Made by a program: the position numbers and the translations under genes
NCBI GenBank assembly: GCA_951406725.2
Contig: OX597820.1
Location: 25,668,001 to 25,732,000, forward strand
DNA from: Octopus vulgaris
Lineage: Eukaryota
DNA: 64,000 nucleotides
Direction of reading: 5' to 3'
In this document: positions 53,990 through 64,000 of the stretch, piece after piece
Layout: every line of letters starts with the position of its first letter
How positions within the stretch are numbered: the first letter of the stretch is position 1
Notes under the pieces: model-generated
What the model saw: only the letters and a program-made list of their open reading frames with translations
Databases searched by the model: none
Told to the model about the DNA's origin: nothing

Positions 53990-54217
53990 ATTATTGGTCT
54001 GTCACGTGTGAGGAACGGGCAGAGACAGAGCAAGGGAATGCGTGTATGATGGAGAGACGTGAACAGCAAGCATTGTATATACATAACTAAACACGCACAT
54101 ACACACACGAAAAGTAATCAAAGCAAGCGAACCCAAACTCTCGGCACTTTCCACCGACCTTGACAGTCGCCTCTTTTACTTGAATGTCCTTGACAAAACA
54201 AAACTGAACCAGCCATT
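53990..54217 (+). promoter_or_regulatory. Probable PHKA promoter/5' UTR
   Basis: CpG-retaining unique sequence with an inverted CCAAT (ATTGG 53993-53997) next to E-box GTCACGTG (54001-54008), ~210 nt upstream of the ATG. Confidence 0.45.
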
Positions 54218-54295
54218 ATGAGAATTCGCAGTAATTCCGGAGTCCGTTTGGACTATTATTCGAGGTTGGTTAGCAAAACCATCCTCGCAAATCAG
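54218..54295 (+). CDS. PHKA: Phosphorylase b kinase regulatory subunit alpha, coding exon 1
   Basis: [26 protein letters not shown] is near-identical to the recalled PHKA1/2 N-terminus ([26 protein letters not shown]). Consensus donor CAG|gtaagg. Exon 2 (NPVTGLLP...) was not found in the window. Confidence 0.93.
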
Positions 54296-54544
54296 GTAAG
54301 GAAAATATATTTCTTTCGAGCTATTCCCTTTTGTGGGGTAAGGTTCTTTAAAGGATGGAGGAACATTCTTATCTTACTCGTTTCAATCTCGTCTCATTTT
54401 AGTAAAACAGGTGCTTGATTTTCTTTTAAGTTCTCTCTGTGTTTACTTCACACACACACACATACACACACACATAAATAGATACATAGATAGAAGCATG
54501 GAACTCAAATTGCGAGATAAACATTGTTTCATTAAGCTACACAA

Positions 54545-54580
<36 letters not shown>

Positions 54581-57500
54581 TCTCAGCATGTCTACGTCCA
54601 CTACTTTTTCCTGTTTTTCCGTATGTCCCTCTCGTCTCCCTGTGTCACATTCTTACCCTATATATATATATATATATAAAGGGGTTTGTATGATTGTGTA
54701 TAGAGAAAGATATATTCAAAGAAATTCCAACTCTGTCTGTTTTTTTATGTTTTATTTATATTCTTTATAATATTAATGTAGAATATATAGTATAAATAAA
54801 ATGTATAGTAAAATGAAATGAAGTATTGTCTTATTGAATAGATGAAATATTGACTATAAAATATTAAGGGACTTGTATACTTTCTTGCATTAAAGCAGTC
54901 TTCAAGGTCCCAGTTTGTGACAGAAGATTATTAGATAGATAGATAGCTACACACACACTTTCGCGTCAGTCTATCGTGTATTGTATGTAATATCAACGAA
55001 CGTTGTATCGAAGTATTTATTTCACATATTCAGTATCTGTTGTCTTTTAGAAATTACCATTTAAAGTATCAACATATAAACATTCATACATCCACAATTT
55101 ATGTGTATGTCACCCCTTCGTGTATGAAATATATAAACTTAGAACAGAAAATGAAAAATTAATATGTATTTAAAAAGCTTCCTCCAACGTTGTGATATAG
55201 TTAGTGCACATGTACCTTGTAATTGTTTATATTTACGTCAACTCGCTGTTAACAAATGCTTAAAGCACAAGGAAATTACCGAATTGGGATAGTGTTTGTT
55301 AGATCATATTACATTAATGTTTTTAGTACTTTGAGTTCAAATGCAGCTGGGGTTGACTTTACTTTCATCAGCTCTTGTGTCAATATGCAGTTGATAATAG
55401 CATACTTCTGTCATTCAATAATTGGCATTGTGTCAAAGAAAGGATAATTTCTTTTATCATTTTCATTAGGTAATCACAAGGATTCATTATTTTGCAGAAG
55501 AAAGCATTATTATACAACAGCTTGGTTATGAGTTTCTTTAATTGTTTTCCCCACCCCTTTGACTATCTTTTTAATATATTTCTAGTTATTAAGTCGTTAC
55601 GGAAAGAAATACAGGCACGATTCGGATTAACCTATTTCGATTAACTTAATTATTATTAGACTTACAAGAGCACGAACTAACATAAACTGAAAAAAAGCAT
55701 TTACACAGTCGTTGACATGCTTGAAATTGTAGCTAAATCTCTCTCAAATTGCACTCAACTCATCTTTAAAAAAATGGGACTTGTTGAATAATATAGTTCT
55801 TGATGCATCATACCAGAAAAAAATTGAGATGGTCATGCCTGGAATGTCTTTAATTATAAGATTTAATTGATTAGAACCAGGTCTAGAGACAGCTCTGCGA
55901 GGGTTTGATAATTTTTAGAGGGAACTCAATATTTTAATAATCGTCATGTTTTAATATAGTATAAATAAATATAGATATTTATTTATACTTCGTCGGGAGA
56001 GGGAACTGCACTTTTCAGGTGTGTCTGACCGATTTCTGAGTACCTACTTCTTGTCTGCAGCTATAATCAGAACCAATTTGGAGCTAAATCACAACGACTA
56101 AAATTAAAATTTCTTTTTCATAACAATAATGATTTCTCATTTGAAGTAAGGCCATCAATTTAAGGTGGTGATTTATTTCTTCTTATTGATCCGGGGGGTC
56201 AATAAGAACTAATAATGCTGGGCGCTATTCGATATTGCCGTCCACTAAAGACTTCTAATAATAAATATTTCTTAATAGATTATTTTTTGGTATTATTATT
56301 ATTATAGTTGGTATTCAACAATAATCACTACGGTAACTAAGGTACTTACCATTTTTGGCTAATTGCTAGTGAAAAGACTAGAAACGTTATTGCTAGATGT
56401 CAGAAATTTTAATTATTCATTGCTGTATGAATATTGTTTAGCTTATTGATAATAGATAATTACAGAAACAAGAATTAGTGACACCGAACTACAAATGAAT
56501 AATTTTGGCTAAAAAAAATATAATGGTGGTTGGTTAACCCTCCTAAACCCGTTGGCAGTTCTTATCAGTTGTTACAGGTACAGCATAACTTAGATACTTA
56601 TCTTCTTCATTAGAAGATACTGCCTTACAACAACCCTCCTCTCTATTGCTCAGTCAATCATCGATAAGAAAAGGTAATTTATATTAACATTATAAAAATG
56701 CTGCAGAATGCAACTAGTATCAAATTTTTCTCAAATCACTCCTCACTCCCAGCGGAGGACGACTTGAGGGATCTTCTACATGGTCATTCTATATGCTAGA
56801 ATCGACAGCCAAATCTCCTCCCAGTCCCTTCTTTACCATTCCGGCAAAAAGACGACCAAATTGAATAATATAGACACAGATGAATAAAATGGGAATGATT
56901 ACAGTTGGAACTCTTCGATCATGGGTCGTCTGATCGATCAAGGCTGATCTGAGGCGAAACAACAACGGCCCTCTGTGACTGATAGGTTGAAGATGAGGCA
57001 GCAGGACGGAAGTTCAATCCAGGTTGAAGACCTTTTCCAAGTGCTCCGCTAAAAGCACTTGATTGGCACATTCGAAGGTGTGGTCCTAAGATATACTATA
57101 TCTAAAAAGGACAAAAGACAAGGTTGTCACGATTAATACCTCCTTGCTCACCAGTCTGCTCGACTGGGCCAGCATAAGTTGGGGTTGTTTTTTTTTTTCA
57201 CTAAAGTTACTTCAGAGTGTACTCCCATGCGATTTTATTTCTCTTACCTTTCTTTAAAAGCTATATTTTGAAATTTTCCAGAAATACATTTTAGATATTG
57301 TAGATTACGGATATATTAGGAAAAGTTATATGTATATATATATATATTTGGAGGAGGAGTTTCGGATAACTTGGGTACGCTTCTGTAGTTATGCCCGTGT
57401 TTCCGGGTTGATAAAATAAAATACCAGTGATGTATCAGGATAGATTTATATTCCTACATTGCATCATAGATATGAATGGAATTTAAGTATAAAAATTAAA

Positions 57501-60176
57501 TTACATTGAAAACATTGAGTCCGAAGGATCCAGAAATAAAATTTCTATTTTCGAAGTTGATATTTAGCCTTGCTCAGTCTTGCTCAAGCAGAACGATTAT
57601 CAGAATTGTTCAACCCTTATCAATTTCGTCTTGTTGTATATTAAAGATTACATTAGTCAATGTATTGTTATTTCAAAACAGTAGGGGAAGATTTGGTTGT
57701 TATTACTAGCACAGCGAGCGATTACGTCGAGATTCACTCTGGCTCACTTCGAAGTAATCTAATGTTTACCGTTTAATCTGATCTTAGTATAGAATTTTAA
57801 AAAAATAATTTGTATAGAATTTTTTTTTAATTAATTAAACAAAGTTACAACAGGTGAATAAATGAATCTTCTATCTTTTTTCTAAAACTTCGTTTGTATC
57901 TTCTTAATTGCATTCTCCAATTGTCAGGTCTTTTGCGGTATTTCGTCTGCCGCTACGTTCTGAGTTCAAATTCCGCCGAGGTCGACTTTGCCTTTCATCC
58001 TTTCGGGGTCGATTAATTAAGTACCAGTTACGCACTGGAGTCGATATAATCGACTTACTCCATTTGTCTGACCTTGTTTGTCCCCTCTGTGTTTAGCCCC
58101 TTGTGGGTAGTAAAGAAATAGGTCTTTAATAAAAAAAAAGGATTGTATTCAGTCTTTGATTTCATGGTATCACAAATGACATTAGTCTTGAGATTGGGTA
58201 ATAACCTAATTTTAAACGCCTGGAATATAATTGTTCATAGTAACAATTGGTGATTTTTTTTTGATTTTTATTAACACAATTCTGTATGATTATCAACAAT
58301 CACAACATAAGGGAGCTTCTATGTACTCTCTCTCTCTACCTGTTAGAATTTGCTGCTAAATATTTCTTGGCTCATAGTTTACCGTCCTAGAAAAAGGAAG
58401 ACCGCATTGGATAATGGTAGTCCTAGATACTCAAACGAGATATGATGGTCTCTGTTGGAAGGCCTTTGATCATAGTTCTGCTCGATCAAGGTTGGCTTGG
58501 TGCCAAACCAACGATGGATGCTCCTAACACTTAAACACATCATCTTTAGCAAAGTTACATTGTTGTTGGTGATGGTGGTGGTTGTAAGTAGGAACAACGG
58601 CCGTTGCTATTAATTATTTCTGCTATATGTAACCAAATCCACGATTAACGAAGTTTATACGTAATTCACTCAAAAATATACTCGCTTTATATTTCTGACA
58701 GTCCATTGAAGAAAATTATGGGTAATTTGACAAAAACAAATATACACATTTTCTAATATTTTATGCAACAAATTGAAAAATTCAAAAAATAAAAAGTAAA
58801 CGTGGTATTATCGGTAATGCTGGATTTTTATTTTTATGAAAAGGATTCAAAGGTTGGCTGCTTTTGCTATATTTGTGAATTTTCTGATTGTTCAATACAA
58901 GAATTCAGTGCTACCATTTCATGCTTCATTCAATTTTTGGATCGTTTTCAGAAAGTCAGTCTTATGCTTTAAGCACTAATTATTTCACTAAAACCACTTG
59001 AGGAGAAATCTCTTATTCTCTATCTGAACTAGATACTTTGGGTTCTGTCAACTCCTTAAAGTCTTCATAGGAGAGGGGCTTGTTATTGCCATCAACGTCT
59101 TCAATTCCCACTTCTTCCAACTTCTCACACCACTTGCACAAGGCTGTTGTTGGTTGAGGACTATTTTATCCTTAATTCTATGGTCTTCCTTAACCCCATT
59201 TTCAACATGATTTTTAATCCAAAACCCCAATGCAACATAAATTCTTAACTTCTTTCCCCAGCATCTTAAAATTTTTTTCAGCTTGTTGAATTTTTTCACA
59301 CTTCTTTGATGTGTATAAGGAATATTTGGCAACTGCAAGCATAGAGGAATCAAAATCAGATTGCTAAGTCTTGACAATCGGGATTTACTCTGATCCCTTG
59401 CAGAAATCATTGTATTTAGCACAAATGTGACCCACTCAAATATTGATCATGGAATGTGGGGATTTTTACCTTGTTTGGAAACAGGTGAGGGTTGGCATCT
59501 AGAATGGCATCAGGCTATACGAAAAACTTTGCTCCAAGGGTGCTTTCTATCTTTTCCATGCAAGCATGGAACAGATAAGAAGCACCCTTGCTGGTGTCAC
59601 ATAAAAAGCACCTGTTCTGGAGCCATGTAAAAAGCACTTGTGCTGCTGCCACATTTAAAGCACCCAGTACTTTACTTTGTAAAGTGGTTGGCATAAGTGG
59701 AAGGGCATTCAGCCATAGAAATCATGTTAAAACAGACAACTGGATTTTGGTGCAGCTCTTCAGTTTGCCAGATCCTGTAAAACCATCCAACCTATGCCAT
59801 CATGGAAAACATGTTAAATGATGATGATAAATTGATGATAATGATGACTAAAAGACACAACAAAATTTGTTTCAATACACAAATTCACATCAAGAATCTT
59901 GCAAACCAAAAACAAAAATGAAGTAAAATGGTGCTGTTTGTTTCAGTTTCCACATAACCATGTTTTTTTGCAGTGGACTGCTAAGTAAAATATATATTTA
60001 TATATTCATTTATTTGTTTTATAAGTATTTTTCCATGCTAACATGGGTATACTGTAGGTGCAGTATGACCAAATGATTATGAAAATCACCTTGTAACCAC
60101 AAGGTCTCGTGTTCTGTCCCACTGCTTGGCATCCAGGGTAAACGTCATATCCAATAACTTCAGGTCAATCTATTAC

Positions 60177-60339
60177 CAGTGGTTCCTTACTTGTGGTCTG
60201 TGGAACCTTGATGGTCCATAAAGGTAGTACTGGGGATCCGTGAACATGTTAAGCTGATAGACCTTTCAATATCGTGGGGTCTGTTGGAATACTCTTAAAT
60301 TAAAGGGGTCCTTAATAGTTAAAACGTTGGGAGCCACTG
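60177..60339. mobile_element. hAT-type MITE
   Basis: CAGTGGTTCC ... GGGAGCCACTG termini with a near-8-bp flanking duplication (ATCTATTAC/ATCTATAC). Similar elements at ~23640-23765, ~34270-34527 and ~44780-45030. Confidence 0.55.
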
Positions 60340-60452
60340 ATCTATACTATTTTAGCAAAGTAAAACTGGGTAGACAGGATCTGTATAGAAGCCTGTTATA
60401 TCTGTAATTCAAAAAGTACAGCCTTGTTACACACTGTATCACATTGATTCTA

Positions 60453-61018
60453 TTGGGTTGTCCAGAAAGTTCATGCCGATTTATAGTAGCTTACCTTTTG
60501 ACTTATTTTAGAACATGGTTGAGTCCACAAAATAGGATTTATCTACACTTTCATTTAGAGCACAGTTTAAGCTATCTTTTCGTGGAAGAAGGTTTATGTT
60601 CCTATAACTTGTGTTAATTCTGTAACCCTTTAAAATGGAAGATAAGAAAGTTCATTTTCGGCACTTGATGCTTTGGGAACCAGACAAAAATTGCTGCAGC
60701 TTGGCTGGGATGTGTTACCCCACTCTCCATATTCACCAGATATTGCTCCTTTGGATTGCCATTTATTCAGGTCTCTGCAGAATAATCTTAATGATAAAAA
60801 TTTCAATTCCTTGGATGATGTAAAAAGATACCTTGATGAATTCTTTGTCATGAAACCACCTCAATTCTGGGAAGAGGGTATTTTTAAGTTAAAGGAAAGA
60901 TGAAGACACATTGTGCAACAAAATGGTTCATATTTGGTTGATTAAAAATGTAATGGCAAGTATTTATTTACCTTTTTCTTTCCTTTAAAAATCGGCTTGA
61001 ACTTTCCGGACAACCCAA
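60453..61018 (+). mobile_element. Internally deleted mariner element
   Basis: ~30-bp TIRs TTGGGTTGTCCAGAAAGTTCATGCCGATTT / AAATCGGCTTGAACTTTCCGGACAACCCAA with TA TSD. Transposase N-terminus (MEDKKVHFRHLMLWE) is joined to the C-terminus (LPHSPYSPDIAPLDCHLFRSLQ). Inserted into a SINE. Confidence 0.88.
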
Positions 61019-63619
61019 TATTTGTGAATTATGTTAAAGGTGATACGTGTCTGTGGAGTTCTCAACCACTTACAAATGTGTCAGCTGGTATTCATTTTCA
61101 GCTCATTATATTGGAGCTATGTAAAATGAAATGCCTTACTCAAAGACACAATAGCACTGCCTGGTCCAAGAACCAAACCTATGGCCTTATGGCTATGAGC
61201 CCAATGTCCTAACCATTAGCCTATATGCCTTCACAGTAAAGGTAGGTAGGAGAACATAGATAAAAATAGTTCAGATGTTATTTTACTCACTACAGAAAGG
61301 TTGAAAAAACAGATATCACATTGATGTATAGCAACAGATATTGTTACATTGTAAATGGACTTGCTCCAACAATTCATGCACAAATATATGAGATTTTGGT
61401 AAAAAAAGAAAAGAAAAGAAAAAAGAAGAAAAATCATAATATGAACTGAAGACTTCAGAAAACATAACAATTTACAAAATAGTGGAAGGGACAAAAGCAG
61501 TGAATGGGGTCTGAGGAGTCAAATAGAATTTCATAATTTTTACTTTAAGTGTCAAGAAAATAATAGGAATCGAATAAAAAAGCATGTTACATTGTGTTTT
61601 ACTTCAGACTCGTCTAATCCGGATTATCAGGTGCAGGTTATTCAGTTAATCAAACAGCTGACTCAGCATTGTTGAATATATGATGGAATCCATCCATCCA
61701 ATATTTGAAAGGGATCACAAGGGTATGAATGCAATAAAGCAAGAGAAAAAAAAATGAATATGCTAAAATGGAATGTTTATTCTGCTATGTGGCAAGAAGT
61801 TTGCTTCATACCATGTGGTCCTGGGTTCAGTCCCATTGTGTGGCACCTAGGGCAAGTGTCTTCTATCATAGCCTCAGGCTGACCAAAGCCTTTTGGGTGG
61901 ATTTGGTTGACAGAAACTGAAAGAAGTCCATTGTGTGTGTGTGTGTGAAGGCCCATGGCTTAGTGGTTGGGGTACTCGACTCAGGATTGTCAGGTTGTGA
62001 GTTCAATTCCCAACGATGTGTTGTGTCCTTGAGCAAGACACTTTATTTCACATTGCTCCAGTCCAGTCAGCTGGCAAAAATGAGTTGTACCTGTATTTCA
62101 AAGGGCCAGCTTTGTCTCCCCGAGAACTACATTAGGGGTACACGTGTCTGTTGATTGCTCAGCCTCTTGCATGTTAATTTCACGAGCAGGCTGTTTCATT
62201 GGTCATATCAGCTGGGACCCTTGTCGTCGTAACTGACAGTGCTCCTACAATGTGTATGTGTGTGTGTGTGCACGCCTGTCTTACCACTGCTTGATAACCA
62301 ATGTTGATATTTTACATTCCCATTACCTAGCAGTTCAGCAAAAGATATCGATAGAATAAGTACTAAGCTTAACTAAAAGAAAATAATAAATACTGGGGTT
62401 GATTCATTTGACTAAAAATCCTTCAAGGCAGTGCTCCAACATGGTCGCAGTCTGATGACCGAAACTAGTAAAAGCTTAAAAATAAAGCTGAGAATGAGCT
62501 TTGCATTCTTACATCGTTGTCATTTTTGGTGCTTTCTTTTTCCATGATAATTTGGATTGGATGTATCTGCAATATGGCGCAATCCCAGTTTTTTTCCAAT
62601 CAGTTGCTATAACTGTCCTGTCGTTTAAATTTAATCAACTTAGAAAATATTATTTAGGTGTAGGAGTGGCTGTGTGGTAAGTAGCTTGCTTACCAACCAC
62701 ATGGTTCCGGGTTCAGTCTCACTGCATGGCACCTTGGGCAAGTGTCTTCTACTATAGCCTCAGGCCAGCCAAAGCCTTGTGAGTGGATTTGGTAGGCGGA
62801 AACTGAAAGAAGCCTATTGTATATATGTATATGTTTATGTGTCTGTGTTTGTCACCCCAACATCGCTTGACAACCGATACTGGTGTGTTTACATCCCTGT
62901 AACTTAGTGGTTCGGCAAAAGAGACCGACAGAATAAGTACTAGGCTTACAAAGAATAAGACCTGGGGTCGATTTGCTCGACTAGAGGCGGTGCTCCAGCA
63001 TGGCCACAATCAAATGACTGAAACAAGTAAAGAGAAAGAGAGCCTCTAAGATTCATTCACTGCTATTTTCCTTTCCTCAGGTTTGTAAACTGCCATGCTT
63101 TTTCTGAAGCTTTCATTTTGTATTTTTTTTTTTTTACCTTTTAACCACAAATATATTTCGGTATGAATTGTTGGAGCCAGTCCATTTACAGTGTAACAAC
63201 ATCTCTGCAGCTATATACACTGATGTGGTATCTATTTTTTCAGCTTGACTGCAGCAACTAGAATAACATCTAAATGTACGTTTCTCTTTTTCTATGTTTA
63301 CTCACCACTTTTTTTCTTTTACTGTAAAAGTATGTAGCCTTGTGGTAAGTATGTTGGGCTCACAATCATAAGGTTTTGGGTTTGAGTGTTGAACTGGGTT
63401 GGTGGGTACTTTGTATTTTATACTTGTTTCAGACATTTGACTTTGGCCAAGCTAGGGCACCGCTTTGAAATTTTAGTCAAATGTTTCAACCCCAGTACTT
63501 ACTTTTTCTTTTTAAAGTCTGGTACTTACTTTATCAGTCTCTTTTACTGGACTGCTAAGTTACGGGGACATTAACAACACACCGACACTAGTTGTCAAGT
63601 GTTGTGTGGGGACAATAAG

Positions 63620-64000
63620 TAGCCTGATCAATAAGTATCCGGACTGTTGCCATAGTAACGAAGCTAAAGCACAGAGAGTGAAGCTGCCTGGCACAGATTG
63701 ACCTTGAACTCTGCTGTGCATGCATAATAAGTTTTAACGTTCTAGTTTACTTCCATTTTTTACTGCAATGCTTGGAAGGAAGGTGTGTAGCGTGTGCTCG
63801 TCGCATTGACCATGACAGAGGAAGTTGAGCAGAGAATCTGCATCAAATTTTGCCAAAGGCTTGGTGATACCTGCTGAGAGGCCTATGCAAAGTTTTCATC
63901 ATTCTCGACTCAGTCAAGGAGATCTTGTGCAACTGAAACCCGTGTTTCTTTTTGGTCAGGTGAAAGCAGTTTTGGCACAAACTTGGCAGGCATGTGTCTC
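63620..64000 (+). mobile_element. 5' end of a second mariner-family element
   Basis: TIR-like ...CTGATCAATAAGTATCCGGACT followed by MTEEVEQRICIKFCQRLGDTC, a mariner HTH start. Confidence 0.65.

Noticed and set aside
61608-61640. Possible PHKA exon 2 after ttttacttcag
   Set aside because: No frame yields the expected NPVTGLLP...AWVRDN sequence; exon 2 probably lies beyond the window.

Overview
AT-rich, repeat-dense eukaryotic genomic DNA. The SINE/LINE repertoire resembles an octopus (coleoid cephalopod) genome; this is inferred, not searched. I reconstructed three intron-containing genes by reading splice sites and frames. (1) The first five coding exons of a glucose-6-phosphate transporter (SLC37A4/G6PT-like) lie on the minus strand, from ATG at 22434 to beyond the left edge. 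(2) A complete four-exon APC/C subunit 15 gene (ANAPC15, 116 aa) lies on the plus strand at 29008-43999. (3) The first coding exon of phosphorylase kinase alpha (PHKA) lies on the plus strand at 54218-54295. The rest is mostly transposon debris: tRNA-derived SINEs, CR1 and RTE LINE 3' ends, a Penelope-like element, a solo LTR, Helitrons, and mariner, hAT, Merlin and piggyBac-like elements. Best leads: a frame-preserving 36-nt candidate cassette exon in ANAPC15 (FDFRGRRNSLNL, with RRxS and RxxL motifs) behind a degenerate palindromic array; a ~340-bp-arm Penelope foldback with a hammerhead-like motif in a G6PT intron; a 174-bp inverted repeat whose seven differences are all G.U wobbles on the + strand; and two glycogenolysis genes about 32 kb apart. 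No prokaryotic system or CRISPR array is supported.
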